From: Escherichia phage vB_EcoM-CHD94UKE2
DNA length: 64,000 nucleotides
Direction: 5' to 3' (one strand)
Sequence record: MZ234031.1
The position numbers and the translations under genes are program-made. Each line of letters begins with the position of its first letter. Position 1 is the first letter of the stretch. Below, in pieces: positions 17,899 through 28,441 of this stretch. Under the pieces are notes generated by a model. That model did not search any database and was not told the DNA's origin. It saw nothing but the letters and a program-made list of their open reading frames with translations.

Positions 17899-18918
17899 AT
17901 GAAAATTTTAAATTTAGGTGATTGGCATTTAGGCGTTAAAGCCGATGATGAGTGGGTTCAATCTATTCAGTTGGATGGAATTAAACAAGCAATAGAATAT
18001 TCTAAGAAAAATGGAATTACTACATGGATTCAATATGGCGATATTTTTGATGTGCGAAAAGCAATCACACATAAAACTATGGAGTTCGCCCGTGAAATAG
18101 TTCAAATGCTTGATGATGCTGGTATTACCCTACATACTGTTGTAGGAAACCATGATATGCACTTTAAAAATACTTTAACCCCAAATGCTTCTACTGAGCT
18201 TTTGGCTAAATATCCTAATGTTAAAGTATATGATAAGCCTACTACAGTAGATTTTGACGGATGTTTGATTGATTTAATTCCTTGGATGTGTGAAGAAAAT
18301 ACTGGTGAAATTCTTGAGCATATCAAAACTTCATCTGCTTCTTTTTGTGTTGGTCACTGGGAACTGAATGGATTTTATTTTTATAAAGGAATGAAATCTC
18401 ATGGTCTTGAACCTGATTTCCTTAAGACTTATAAAGAGGTGTGGTCTGGTCACTTCCATACTATTTCTGAGGCTGCTAACGTCAGATATATTGGGACACC
18501 ATGGACACTAACTGCAGGTGACGAGAATGACCCTCGTGGGTTCTGGATGTTTGACACAGAAACAGAACGAATGGAATTTATTCCAAACAATACTACCTGG
18601 CATCGTAGAATTCATTATCCATTTAAAGGAAAAATTGACTATAAAGATTTTACAAATCTATCAGTACGTGTTATAGTAACTGAAGTAGACAAAAATCTGA
18701 CGAAGTTCGAATCTGAACTAGAAAAAGTTGTGCATTCATTACGAGTTGTGTCAAAGATTGATAACTCTGTCGAGTCAGATGACAGTGAAGAAGTTGAAGT
18801 TCAATCTCTTCAGACGTTGATGGAAGAGTATATTAATGCAATTCCAGACATCACTGATTCTGACCGTGAAGCACTTATTCAATATGCAAATCAGCTATAT
18901 GTAGAGGCAACACAATGA
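17899..18918 (+). CDS. 47: recombination endonuclease subunit gp47 (Mre11-like)
   Basis: 339 aa, phosphoesterase motifs GDWHLG, GNHD. Confidence 0.9.
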   Translation: MKILNLGDWHLGVKADDEWVQSIQLDGIKQAIEYSKKNGITTWIQYGDIFDVRKAITHKTMEFAREIVQMLDDAGITLHTVVGNHDMHFKNTLTPNASTELLAKYPNVKVYDKPTTVDFDGCLIDLIPWMCEENTGEILEHIKTSSASFCVGHWELNGFYFYKGMKSHGLEPDFLKTYKEVWSGHFHTISEAANVRYIGTPWTLTAGDENDPRGFWMFDTETERMEFIPNNTTWHRRIHYPFKGKIDYKDFTNLSVRVIVTEVDKNLTKFESELEKVVHSLRVVSKIDNSVESDDSEEVEVQSLQTLMEEYINAIPDITDSDREALIQYANQLYVEATQ

Positions 18919-19178
18919 CTTTTGATGAATTTAAAAATGTTATGATGAGTCAGCATTTTGAATGCGAAGTAAAAGATGATATTGGGCATAAAGAAATTAT
19001 TGAATATTGGTTTGAACCGTTAGAGGTTGAAGATAATTGTATTAAAAAGGTTACAGTCTGCACTGACTGGGCTGTATCTTTTAACTTCAACATTTTAGAT
19101 AATGACACACCTAAATCATTACGAGATATGGCTGTATCTTGTATTAAGGATGCATACTGTGAAGTTTTCGACATTTGA
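18915..19178 (+). CDS. hypothetical protein (87 aa)
   Basis: ATGA overlap with gene 47 stop. Confidence 0.45.
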   Translation: MTFDEFKNVMMSQHFECEVKDDIGHKEIIEYWFEPLEVEDNCIKKVTVCTDWAVSFNFNILDNDTPKSLRDMAVSCIKDAYCEVFDI

Positions 19179-19361
19179 CATTAATGATGAATTCATAGCA
19201 AATATTGATTACACCGAAGAAGATTCTAGATATGTTGGAATAATTTATATCACATCAAAAGCAGCACAAGGTGTTGTTTGCATGGCTGAATTTGATGAAT
19301 ACTTTTTAGATTATGATGATATGATAGAATGGTCTAAAAGATACATTAAAAGGAATCTTTT

Positions 19362-21044
19362 GTGAAGAATTTTAAACTAAACCGAGTTAGGTATCAAAAT
19401 ATAATGTCAGTAGGTGGAAATCCTATTGACATTCAACTAGATAAGGTTCAAAAAACTCTTATTACTGGACGAAATGGTGGTGGTAAGTCTACTATGTTAG
19501 AAGCCATCACATTTGGGCTTTTTGGCAAGCCATTTCGTGATGTAAAGAAAGGTCAATTAATAAACAGCACAAATAAGAAAGAACTTTTAGTTGAACTGTG
19601 GATGGAATATGATGAGAAAAAGTACTATATCAAAAGAGGACAAAAACCGAACGTTTTCGAAATCACCGTTAACGGTACACGTCTTAATGAATCTGCCAGC
19701 AGTAAAGATTTCCAAGCAGAATTTGAACAGCTTATCGGAATGTCATATGCCAGTTTCAAGCAGATTGTTGTCCTTGGTACAGCAGGGTATACCCCTTTCA
19801 TGGGTTTGTCGACCCCTGCGCGAAGAAAGCTTGTGGAAGACCTGCTTGAGGTAGGAACATTAGCTGAAATGGATAAGCTTAATAAAGCACTAATACGTGA
19901 ATTAAATTCACAAAACCAAGTGCTTGATGTTAAAAAAGATAGTATTATCCAACAAATTAAAATATATAATGATAACGTTGAACGCCAGAAAAAATTAACG
20001 GGTGACAACCTTACTCGTCTTCAAAATATGTATGATGATTTGGCAAAAGAAGCTAGAACGCTAAAATCGGAAATAGAAGAAGCTAATGAAAGATTAGTTA
20101 ATATTGTTTTAGATGAAGACCCGACTGATGCATTTAATAAAATCGGTCAAGAAGCAGTTTTAATTAAATCAAAAATTGACTCGTATAATAAAGTCATTAA
20201 TATGTATCACGAAGGTGGATTATGTCCAACCTGCTTGTCACAATTAAGTTCCGGTGATAAAGTTGTTTCTAAAATTAAAGATAAAGTTTCTGAATGTACG
20301 CATTCGTTTGAACAGCTTTCAACACACCGTGATAATTTAAAAGTTCTTGTTGATGAATACCGAGATAATATTAAAACCCAACAGTCGTTGGCAAATGATA
20401 TTCGCAATAAAAAGCAATCTCTAATCACGACGGTAGATAAAGCTAAAAAAGTTAAAGCGGCTATAGAAAAAGCATCTTCTGAGTTTATTGACCATGCTGA
20501 TGAAATAGCACTGCTTCAAGAAGAACTTGATAAAATTGTTAAGACAAAAACTAATTTAGTAATGGAAAAATACCACCGAGGAATTTTGACTGATATGCTC
20601 AAAGATTCTGGTATTAAAGGTGCTATTATTAAAAAGTACATTCCATTATTTAATAAGCAGATTAACCATTATCTTAAAATAATGGAAGCGGATTATGTGT
20701 TTACATTAGATGAAGAATTTAATGAGACAATTAAATCCCGTGGTCGCGAAGATTTTAGTTATGCTTCATTTAGTGAAGGTGAAAAAGCAAGAATTGATAT
20801 TGCTCTTTTATTTACTTGGCGTGATATTGCTTCTATTGTATCTGGTGTTAGTATTAGTACATTAATACTCGATGAAGTGTTTGATGGGTCATTTGATGCC
20901 GAAGGTATTAAAGGTGTAGCTAATATTATAAATTCAATGAAAAACACTAATGTTTTTATAATTTCGCATAAAGACCATGACCCGCAAGAATATGGTCAGC
21001 ATCTTCAAATGAAGAAAGTTGGTCGATTTACTGTAATGGTTTAA
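19362..21044 (+). CDS. 46: recombination endonuclease subunit gp46 (Rad50-like ATPase)
   Basis: 560 aa, Walker A GRNGGGKST, CPTC zinc hook; apparent GTG start after AAGGAA. Confidence 0.9.
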   Translation: MKNFKLNRVRYQNIMSVGGNPIDIQLDKVQKTLITGRNGGGKSTMLEAITFGLFGKPFRDVKKGQLINSTNKKELLVELWMEYDEKKYYIKRGQKPNVFEITVNGTRLNESASSKDFQAEFEQLIGMSYASFKQIVVLGTAGYTPFMGLSTPARRKLVEDLLEVGTLAEMDKLNKALIRELNSQNQVLDVKKDSIIQQIKIYNDNVERQKKLTGDNLTRLQNMYDDLAKEARTLKSEIEEANERLVNIVLDEDPTDAFNKIGQEAVLIKSKIDSYNKVINMYHEGGLCPTCLSQLSSGDKVVSKIKDKVSECTHSFEQLSTHRDNLKVLVDEYRDNIKTQQSLANDIRNKKQSLITTVDKAKKVKAAIEKASSEFIDHADEIALLQEELDKIVKTKTNLVMEKYHRGILTDMLKDSGIKGAIIKKYIPLFNKQINHYLKIMEADYVFTLDEEFNETIKSRGREDFSYASFSEGEKARIDIALLFTWRDIASIVSGVSISTLILDEVFDGSFDAEGIKGVANIINSMKNTNVFIISHKDHDPQEYGQHLQMKKVGRFTVMV

Positions 21045-21099
21045 TTTATAAGAGATTATGCTTTAATTTATTAGAGTATAATCTCTATGGAGGAAAAAC

Positions 21100-21288
21100 A
21101 TGGAATATTCAACTGGACAGCATCTATTAACTATTCCTGAAATAAAACGATATATTCTGAGAAATAATTTTTCTAATGAAGAGCATATAGTTACTGAATC
21201 TATGCTTAGGAATGCATTTAAAGCAGAATATACAAAAATAATGTCCAATAGAAATGAAGCTTGGACTGTTACTGATTATTATGACTAA
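21100..21288 (+). CDS. hypothetical protein (62 aa)
   Basis: GGAGG SD. Confidence 0.45.
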   Translation: MEYSTGQHLLTIPEIKRYILRNNFSNEEHIVTESMLRNAFKAEYTKIMSNRNEAWTVTDYYD

Positions 21289-21297
21289 AGGTGTATT

Positions 21298-21687
21298 ATG
21301 ACTAAAATTACTGTGAATTATAACGTTGATGTAAAAGATATTCAGCCAAAACACGTGCGTTCTGAATCAAATCCACAAAACCAAAATAAAATTCGTCGAG
21401 CATGGGTTTTGTCTCTTTCTGATAACGCAATGGAAGTTATTCAGAACAAAATTAAATCTGCACCTGCTCGTCATGCGTATTATGAAGCTATCGATCGTGA
21501 AGTAAGTAATAAATGGATTGAACTAATGCGCAAACATACTACAGAATCCCTAAACGCCGGTGCTAAATTTATTATGACTTCATGTGGTGAACGTCTTGAA
21601 GATGATTATTGCGGTAATGCAGATGAACGTCTAATTGTTGCTGCTCAAATTGTTGCGGAAACAATTGCGGCTGATTTTAATCGTTAA
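21298..21687 (+). CDS. rpbA: RNA polymerase-binding protein RpbA (by size and position)
   Basis: 129 aa between 46 and 45. Confidence 0.55.
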   Translation: MTKITVNYNVDVKDIQPKHVRSESNPQNQNKIRRAWVLSLSDNAMEVIQNKIKSAPARHAYYEAIDREVSNKWIELMRKHTTESLNAGAKFIMTSCGERLEDDYCGNADERLIVAAQIVAETIAADFNR

Positions 21688-21742
21688 TTGCTTTATTAAA
21701 TTAGTTATAAAATTAAATCTCATTTGAATTGAAGGAAATTAC

Positions 21743-22429
21743 ATGAAACTGTCTAAAGATACACTGAATATTTTGAAAAATTTCGCTACTATTAACTCTG
21801 GCATTATGCTTAAATCCGGTCAATTTATTATGACTCGCGCAGTTAATGGTACAACTTATGCGGAAGCAAATATTTCTGACGTTATTGATTTTGATGTAGC
21901 AATTTACGATTTGAACGGTTTTCTCGGTATTCTGTCTCTAGTTAATGATGATGCAGAAATTTCCCAGTCAGAAGATGGAAATATTAAAATTGCTGATGCT
22001 CGTTCAACAATTTTTTGGCCAGCAGCCGATCCGAGTACAGTAGTTGCTCCTAATAAACCAATTCCATTCCCGGTAGCATCTGTTGTTACTGAAATTAAAG
22101 CTGAAGACCTTCAACAACTGTTGCGTGTATCTCGTGGTCTGCAAATTGATACAATTGCTATCACGGTAAAAGAAGGTAAAATCGTAATTAACGGTTTTAA
22201 TAAAGTAGAAGATTCTGCTCTGACCCGTGTTAAATATTCTTTGACTCTTGGTGATTATGATGGTGAAAATACATTTAATTTCATTATCAATATGGCAAAT
22301 ATGAAAATGCAACCAGGAAATTATAAACTTCTGCTCTGGGCAAAAGGTAAACAAGGTGCTGCTAAATTTGAAGGTGAACACGCGAATTATGTAGTAGCTC
22401 TTGAAGCTGATTCTACCCACGATTTTTAA
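21743..22429 (+). CDS. 45: sliding clamp gp45
   Basis: 228 aa, matches T4 gp45 by recall. Confidence 0.95.
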   Translation: MKLSKDTLNILKNFATINSGIMLKSGQFIMTRAVNGTTYAEANISDVIDFDVAIYDLNGFLGILSLVNDDAEISQSEDGNIKIADARSTIFWPAADPSTVVAPNKPIPFPVASVVTEIKAEDLQQLLRVSRGLQIDTIAITVKEGKIVINGFNKVEDSALTRVKYSLTLGDYDGENTFNFIINMANMKMQPGNYKLLLWAKGKQGAAKFEGEHANYVVALEADSTHDF

Positions 22430-22433
22430 TAGA

Positions 22434-22448
22434 GGGCTTCGGCCCTTT
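22434..22448 (+). terminator. hairpin terminator (GGGCUUCGGCCC)
   Basis: GGGCTTCGGCCC + TTTAT. Confidence 0.6.
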
Positions 22449-22480
22449 ATAATTTACACTAAAACTTGAATGAGGAAATT

Positions 22481-23440
22481 ATGATTACCGTAAATGAAAA
22501 AGAACACATTCTTGAACAGAAATATCGTCCATCTACTATCGATGAATGTATTCTTCCCGCCTTTGATAAAGAAACCTTTAAATCTATTACAAGTAAAGGT
22601 AAGATTCCACATATTATTCTTCATTCTCCTTCTCCAGGAACAGGTAAAACAACTGTAGCAAAAGCATTGTGTCATGATGTAAATGCTGATATGATGTTTG
22701 TAAATGGATCAGACTGTAAAATTGATTTCGTTCGCGGTCCTTTGACTAATTTTGCCAGTGCAGCTTCATTTGATGGTCGTCAAAAAGTAATCGTTATTGA
22801 TGAATTTGACCGTTCAGGGCTAGCAGAGTCTCAGCGACATCTTCGTTCATTTATGGAAGCTTATAGTTCAAACTGTAGTATTATTATTACTGCTAACAAT
22901 ATTGATGGTATTATTAAACCACTTCAGTCACGCTGCCGAGTTATTACATTCGGTCAACCGACCGATGAAGATAAAATTGAAATGATGAAGCAGATGATTC
23001 GTCGATTGACTGAAATCTGTAAGCATGAAGGAATTGCTATAGCTGATATGAAAGTTGTAGCAGCTTTGGTTAAAAAGAATTTTCCTGATTTTCGTAAAAC
23101 TATTGGCGAGCTCGATAGTTATTCATCTAAAGGTGTTTTGGATGCTGGTATTTTATCACTGGTTACTAACGATCGTGGTGCTATTGATGATGTTCTTGAG
23201 TCTCTCAAAAATAAAGATGTTAAACAACTCAGAGCTTTAGCACCAAAATATGCAGCTGATTATTCGTGGTTCGTGGGTAAACTTGCCGAAGAAATCTATA
23301 CACGCGTAACTCCGCAAAGTATTATTCGTATGTATGAAATTATTGGTGAAAATAACCAGTATCATGGTATTGCAGCTAATACTGAATTGCATCTAGCTTA
23401 TCTTTTCATTCAGTTAGCATGTGAAATGCAGTGGAAGTGA
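22481..23440 (+). CDS. 44: clamp-loader subunit gp44
   Basis: 319 aa from ATG 22481 ([17 protein letters not shown]), Walker A GTGKTT. Confidence 0.95.
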   Translation: MITVNEKEHILEQKYRPSTIDECILPAFDKETFKSITSKGKIPHIILHSPSPGTGKTTVAKALCHDVNADMMFVNGSDCKIDFVRGPLTNFASAASFDGRQKVIVIDEFDRSGLAESQRHLRSFMEAYSSNCSIIITANNIDGIIKPLQSRCRVITFGQPTDEDKIEMMKQMIRRLTEICKHEGIAIADMKVVAALVKKNFPDFRKTIGELDSYSSKGVLDAGILSLVTNDRGAIDDVLESLKNKDVKQLRALAPKYAADYSWFVGKLAEEIYTRVTPQSIIRMYEIIGENNQYHGIAANTELHLAYLFIQLACEMQWK

Positions 23441-23441
23441 T

Positions 23442-24005
23442 ATGAGCTTATTTGAAGATGATATTCAATTAAACGAGCATCAAGTTGCTTGGTATTCAAA
23501 AGATTGGACAGCTGTCCAATCCGCTGCTGATTCTTTTAAAGAAAAAGCTGAAAATGAATTTTTTGAAATAATTGGAGCTATTAATAATAAAACTAAATGC
23601 TCTATTGCTCAAAAAGATTATTCAAAATACATGGTTGAGAATGCATTATCACAATTTCCTGAATGCATGCCAGCTGTATATGCTATGAATTTAATTGGAT
23701 CAGGTTTAAGTGATGAAGCTCATTTTAATTATCTGATGGCTGCAGTTCCTCGTGGTAAAAGATATGGTAAATGGGCAAAACTGGTTGAAGATTCCACCGA
23801 AGTATTGATTATTAAGTTACTTGCTAAACGGTATCAAGTTAATACAAATGATGCAATTAACTATAAATCAATTCTTACTAAAAATGGAAAACTTCCTTTA
23901 GTATTAAAAGAACTAAAAGGTTTAGTCACGGATGATTTTTTGAAAGAAGTGACTAAGAACGTAAAAGAACAGAAACAACTCAAAAAACTAGTATTGGAAT
24001 GGTAA
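23442..24005 (+). CDS. 62: clamp-loader subunit gp62
   Basis: 187 aa from ATG 23442 ([14 protein letters not shown]...). Confidence 0.9.
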   Translation: MSLFEDDIQLNEHQVAWYSKDWTAVQSAADSFKEKAENEFFEIIGAINNKTKCSIAQKDYSKYMVENALSQFPECMPAVYAMNLIGSGLSDEAHFNYLMAAVPRGKRYGKWAKLVEDSTEVLIIKLLAKRYQVNTNDAINYKSILTKNGKLPLVLKELKGLVTDDFLKEVTKNVKEQKQLKKLVLEW

Positions 24006-24006
24006 A

Positions 24007-24375
24007 ATGATTGAAATTACTCTTAAAAAACCTGAAGATTTTCTGAAAGTAAAAGAAACTTTGACTCGTATGGGAATTGCTAATAATAAAGATAAAGTTC
24101 TGTATCAGTCCTGTCATATTCTTCAGAAAAAAGGACTATACTATATCGTTCATTTTAAAGAAATGCTTCGTATGGATGGTCGCCAAGTTGAAATGACAGA
24201 AGAAGATGAAGTTCGTCGTGATTCGATTGCATGGCTGTTAGAAGATTGGGGACTGATTGAAATCGTTCCTGGTCAAAGAACTTTTATGAAAGATTTAACT
24301 AATAACTTCCGAGTTATTTCTTTTAAACAAAAACATGAATGGAAGCTCGTTCCTAAATATACGATTGGTAATTAA
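24007..24375 (+). CDS. regA: translational repressor RegA
   Basis: 122 aa, MIEITLKKPEDFLKVKETLTRMGIANNKDKVLYQSCHIL... Confidence 0.85.
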   Translation: MIEITLKKPEDFLKVKETLTRMGIANNKDKVLYQSCHILQKKGLYYIVHFKEMLRMDGRQVEMTEEDEVRRDSIAWLLEDWGLIEIVPGQRTFMKDLTNNFRVISFKQKHEWKLVPKYTIGN

Positions 24376-24376
24376 T

Positions 24377-24598
24377 ATGACTGCTATAACTCCGCAAGAA
24401 TACATGGCGTCTCTTAAAGAAAAATATAATCTTTCTGCAACAGAAACACTTTTTGATTTACCAGAAAACCTTCAACTAAAATTTCAGGTAGAATTTCAAA
24501 AATTAATTCATCCAGAACAAAAACACTTTACCGCAGTCGTTAAGTCAATTAATGCAGATGGAATGACAATTTTTCACCGACAAATAGTACTAATTTAA
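24377..24598 (+). CDS. hypothetical protein (73 aa)
   Basis: ATG 24377 directly after regA stop. Confidence 0.45.
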   Translation: MTAITPQEYMASLKEKYNLSATETLFDLPENLQLKFQVEFQKLIHPEQKHFTAVVKSINADGMTIFHRQIVLI

Positions 24599-24602
24599 GC
24601 AA

Positions 24603-24621
24603 GGGGCTTCGGCCCCTTATT
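24603..24621 (+). terminator. hairpin terminator (GGGGCUUCGGCCCC)
   Basis: GGGGCTTCGGCCCC + TTATTT. Confidence 0.6.
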
Positions 24622-24640
24622 TGGAGTATAATATATCAAG

Positions 24641-24658
24641 AGCCTAATAACTCGGGCT
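24641..24658 (+). promoter_or_regulatory. gp43 translational operator hairpin
   Basis: AGCCT-AATAACTC-GGGCT, 5-bp stem and 8-nt loop, 18 nt before gene 43 ATG. Confidence 0.8.
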
Positions 24659-24676
24659 ATAAACTAAGGAATATCT

Positions 24677-27373
24677 ATGAAAGAATTTTATATCTCTATT
24701 GAAACAGTCGGAAATAACATCGTTGAACGTTATATTGATGAAAACGGAAAGGAACGTACTCGTGAAGTAGAATATCTTCCGACTATGTTTAGGCATTGTA
24801 AGGAAGAGTCAAAGTACAAAGACATCTATGGTAAAAACTGCGCTCCTCAAAAATTTCCATCAATGAAAGATGCTCGAGATTGGATGAAACGAATGGAAGA
24901 CATCGGTCTCGAAGCTCTCGGTATGAACGATTTTAAACTCGCTTATATCAGTGATACATATGGTTCAGAAATTGTTTATGACCGAAAATTTGTTCGTGTA
25001 GCTAACTGTGACATTGAGGTTACTGGTGATAAATTTCCTGACCCAATGAAAGCTGAATATGAAATTGATGCTATCACTCATTATGATTCAATTGACGATC
25101 GTTTTTACGTCTTTGATTTGTTGAATTCAATGTACGGTTCAGTATCAAAATGGGATGCAAAGTTAGCTGCTAAGCTTGACTGTGAAGGTGGTGATGAAGT
25201 TCCTCAAGAAATTCTTGACCGAGTAATTTATATGCCATTCGATAATGAGCGTGATATGCTCATGGAATATATCAATCTTTGGGAACAGAAACGACCTGCT
25301 ATTTTTACTGGTTGGAATATTGAGGGATTTGACGTTCCGTATATCATGAATCGCGTTAAAATGGTTCTCGGTGAACGCAGTATGAAACGTTTCTCTCCAA
25401 TCGGTCGAGTAAAATCTAAACTAATTCAAAATGTGTACGGTAGCAAAGAAATTTATTCTATTGATGGCGTATCTATTCTTGATTATTTAGATTTGTATAA
25501 GAAATTCGCATTTACTAATTTGCCGTCATTCTCTTTGGAATCAGTTGCTCAACATGAAACCAAAAAAGGTAAATTACCATACGACGGTCCTATTAATAAA
25601 CTTCGTGAGACTAATCATCAACGATACATTAGTTATAACATCATTGACGTAGAATCAGTTCAAGCAATTGATAAAATTCGCGGGTTTATCGATCTAGTTT
25701 TAAGTATGTCTTATTATGCTAAAATGCCTTTTTCTGGTGTAATGAGTCCTATTAAAACTTGGGATGCTATTATTTTTAACTCATTGAAAGGTGAACATAA
25801 GGTTATTCCTCAACAGGGTTCGCACGTTAAACAGAGTTTTCCGGGTGCATTTGTGTTTGAACCTAAACCAATTGCTCGTCGATATATTATGAGTTTTGAC
25901 TTGACGTCTCTGTATCCGAGCATTATTCGTCAGGTTAACATTAGTCCTGAAACTATTCGTGGTCAGTTTAAAGTTCATCCAATTCATGAATATATCGCAG
26001 GAACAGCTCCTAAACCAAGTGATGAATATTCTTGTTCTCCGAATGGATGGATGTATGATAAGCATCAAGAAGGTATCATTCCAAAGGAAATCGCTAAAGT
26101 ATTTTTCCAGCGTAAAGATTGGAAAAAGAAAATGTTCGCTGAAGAAATGAATGCCGAAGCTATTAAAAAGATTATTATGAAAGGCGCAGGGTCTTGTTCA
26201 ACTAAACCAGAAGTTGAACGATATGTTAAGTTCAGTGATGATTTCTTAAATGAACTATCGAATTACACCGAATCCGTTCTCAATAGTCTGATTGAGGAAT
26301 GTGAAAAAGCAGCTACACTTGCTAACACAAATCAGCTGAACCGTAAAATTCTTATTAACAGTCTTTATGGTGCTCTTGGTAATATTCATTTCCGTTACTA
26401 TGATTTGCGAAATGCTACTGCTATCACAATTTTCGGTCAAGTCGGTATTCAGTGGATTGCTCGTAAAATTAATGAATATCTAAATAAAGTATGTGGAACT
26501 GATGGTGAAGATTTCATTGCCGCGGGTGATACTGATTCGGTATATGTTTGTGTAGATAAAGTAATTGAAAAAGTAGGTCTTGACCGCTTTAAAGAACAAA
26601 ATGATTTAGTTGAATTCATGAATCAGTTTGGTAAGAAAAAGATGGAACCTATGATTGATGTTGCATATCGTGAGTTATGTGATTATATGAATAATCGCGA
26701 GCATCTGATGCATATGGACCGTGAAGCTATTTCTTGCCCTCCACTTGGTTCAAAGGGCGTTGGTGGATTTTGGAAAGCGAAAAAGCGTTATGCTCTGAAC
26801 GTTTATGATATGGAAGATAAACGATTTGCTGAACCGCATCTAAAAATCATGGGTATGGAAACTCAACAGAGTTCAACACCAAAAGCAGTGCAAGAAGCTC
26901 TCGAAGAAAGTATTCGTCGTATTCTTCAGGAAGGTGAAGAGTCTGTCCAAGAATATTACAAAAACTTCGAGAAAGAATATCGTCAGCTTGACTATAAAGT
27001 TATTGCTGAAGTAAAAACTGCGAACGATATAGCGAAATATGATGATAAAGGTTGGCCAGGATTTAAATGTCCGTTCCATATTCGCGGTGTGCTAACTTAT
27101 CGTCGAGCTGTTAGTGGTCTGGGTGTAGCTCCAATTTTGGATGGAAATAAAGTAATGGTTCTTCCATTGCGTGAAGGAAATCCATTTGGTGACAAGTGCA
27201 TTGCTTGGCCGTCGGGCACAGAACTTCCAAAAGAAATTCGTTCTGATGTACTATCTTGGATTGACTACTCAACTTTGTTCCAAAAATCGTTTGTTAAACC
27301 GCTTGCGGGCATGTGTGAATCGGCTGGTATGGACTATGAAGAAAAAGCTTCGTTAGACTTCCTGTTTGGCTGA
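24677..27373 (+). CDS. 43: DNA polymerase gp43 (family B)
   Basis: 898 aa; motifs SLYPS, KILINSLYG, AGDTDS. Confidence 0.97.
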   Translation: MKEFYISIETVGNNIVERYIDENGKERTREVEYLPTMFRHCKEESKYKDIYGKNCAPQKFPSMKDARDWMKRMEDIGLEALGMNDFKLAYISDTYGSEIVYDRKFVRVANCDIEVTGDKFPDPMKAEYEIDAITHYDSIDDRFYVFDLLNSMYGSVSKWDAKLAAKLDCEGGDEVPQEILDRVIYMPFDNERDMLMEYINLWEQKRPAIFTGWNIEGFDVPYIMNRVKMVLGERSMKRFSPIGRVKSKLIQNVYGSKEIYSIDGVSILDYLDLYKKFAFTNLPSFSLESVAQHETKKGKLPYDGPINKLRETNHQRYISYNIIDVESVQAIDKIRGFIDLVLSMSYYAKMPFSGVMSPIKTWDAIIFNSLKGEHKVIPQQGSHVKQSFPGAFVFEPKPIARRYIMSFDLTSLYPSIIRQVNISPETIRGQFKVHPIHEYIAGTAPKPSDEYSCSPNGWMYDKHQEGIIPKEIAKVFFQRKDWKKKMFAEEMNAEAIKKIIMKGAGSCSTKPEVERYVKFSDDFLNELSNYTESVLNSLIEECEKAATLANTNQLNRKILINSLYGALGNIHFRYYDLRNATAITIFGQVGIQWIARKINEYLNKVCGTDGEDFIAAGDTDSVYVCVDKVIEKVGLDRFKEQNDLVEFMNQFGKKKMEPMIDVAYRELCDYMNNREHLMHMDREAISCPPLGSKGVGGFWKAKKRYALNVYDMEDKRFAEPHLKIMGMETQQSSTPKAVQEALEESIRRILQEGEESVQEYYKNFEKEYRQLDYKVIAEVKTANDIAKYDDKGWPGFKCPFHIRGVLTYRRAVSGLGVAPILDGNKVMVLPLREGNPFGDKCIAWPSGTELPKEIRSDVLSWIDYSTLFQKSFVKPLAGMCESAGMDYEEKASLDFLFG

Positions 27374-27386
27374 TAGAATAAATCTA

Positions 27387-27407
27387 GGGACCTCCGGGTC
27401 CCTTTTT
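27387..27407 (+). terminator. intrinsic terminator
   Basis: GGGACC-TCCG-GGTCCC + TTTTT. Confidence 0.7.
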
Positions 27408-27490
27408 CATACAAGTAATATAAATCTATACTTAGGAAAAATAGATGATTCTAGGTCCTGTAAATTCATTAAAAATTTTTTCACAAAACT

Positions 27491-27520
27491 GTTTACAAGA
27501 CTGTTCCTCTGTGGTACTAT
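27491..27520 (+). promoter_or_regulatory. T4-type early promoter (GTTTAC-N18-TACTAT)
   Basis: about 45-bp near-identity with the promoter at 1376. Confidence 0.6.
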
Positions 27521-27554
27521 ACAATTATCAACTAATACGGATTTGGAGAATAAA

Positions 27555-27791
27555 ATGAAAATTGTTATGGGATGCTTAGCAGTTTGTTTAGTTGCATTAG
27601 CAGCAGTTCCATTTGTTAGTGTTGAAAATGATACTCAACCTGTGATTGAATCTAGCACCGTTATTCACACTAATGGTAAAATATCAGTTAAAATTGATGA
27701 TAATCTTCATGTGAATACTAATGGAACGCTGGGTGTTCAATTAGGTAATATCTGTGTAAGCACTACTGGAGTAATTACTACTTGTATTTGA
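27555..27791 (+). CDS. small secreted protein (78 aa) with N-terminal signal peptide
   Basis: MKIVMGCLAVCLVALAAVPF...; GGAGAATAAA SD; ORF-track 27366 start runs through terminator and promoter. Confidence 0.5.
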   Translation: MKIVMGCLAVCLVALAAVPFVSVENDTQPVIESSTVIHTNGKISVKIDDNLHVNTNGTLGVQLGNICVSTTGVITTCI

Positions 27792-27801
27792 GGAAATTAT
27801 T

Positions 27802-28182
27802 ATGAAAATCGCTATTTTGGTTATTGCATTAGGTCTTACTGGTTGTGTAGCTCAAGGACCGGTAGTAAATCAGTCTGATGCAGGAAAAATTGTAAACTGT
27901 TCAAGCAAATTTTATAATCCTAATGTCAAGTGTTATAAAGAAGCTCCAAAGCAAACAGTCGAACAAATGCAGGCGAATTTTGACGAAGCTATTCGTCCAG
28001 ATGAATCTGCTCAAGCATATCGTAATTCTGATGTAATTACACGCGAAGAAAAAATTGAAAACTACTGCGCCGAAATTTGGGCTAATTGGGCTAATAATTA
28101 CCAATGGCGTACTGGTAAAAATGCTCCGATGGAGTATGTAGTGAATTCTTATAATTCATGCGTAAAAAATTTGACTAAGTGA
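27802..28182 (+). CDS. predicted lipoprotein (126 aa)
   Basis: signal peptide with lipobox LTGC (MKIAILVIALGLTGCVAQ), GAGGAAA SD. Confidence 0.6.
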   Translation: MKIAILVIALGLTGCVAQGPVVNQSDAGKIVNCSSKFYNPNVKCYKEAPKQTVEQMQANFDEAIRPDESAQAYRNSDVITREEKIENYCAEIWANWANNYQWRTGKNAPMEYVVNSYNSCVKNLTK

Positions 28183-28189
28183 GGAAAAC

Positions 28190-28441
28190 ATGGAAACTTT
28201 AGTAGCAGGTTCAATTTTTATGGTTTTAGTATCAGGCGTGTTGGCTATTATTATATACATGCTTCCATGGTTTATCGCCTTGATGCGTGGGTCAAAATCG
28301 ACAGTAGGAATCTTTTTCACATCTTTACTGTTTAACTGGTCAATTATTGGTTGGTTTATTACATTTATTTGGTCAATTGTAGGTGAAACTAAAAAGTCTG
28401 CGCAGCCAAATCAGGTAATTATCATCAGAGAGAAGGAATGA
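28190..28441 (+). CDS. imm: superinfection immunity protein Imm (by size, topology and position)
   Basis: 83 aa, two hydrophobic segments, between 43 and 42. Confidence 0.6.
   Translation: METLVAGSIFMVLVSGVLAIIIYMLPWFIALMRGSKSTVGIFFTSLLFNWSIIGWFITFIWSIVGETKKSAQPNQVIIIREKE

Noticed and set aside
19625-20008. Minus-strand ORFs embedded in plus-strand genes (e.g. 19625-20008 in gene 46, 25781-26068 in gene 43, 32763-32993 in gene 41, 47876-48166 in gene 39)
   Set aside because: They are fully overlapped by well-supported plus-strand genes, lack ribosome-binding sites and have odd composition; treated as antisense frame artefacts.
27366-27554. ORF-track extension of the secreted-protein gene back to 27366
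   Set aside because: The extension runs through the gene 43 terminator hairpin and an early promoter; the real start is the ATG at 27555 after GGAGAATAAA.
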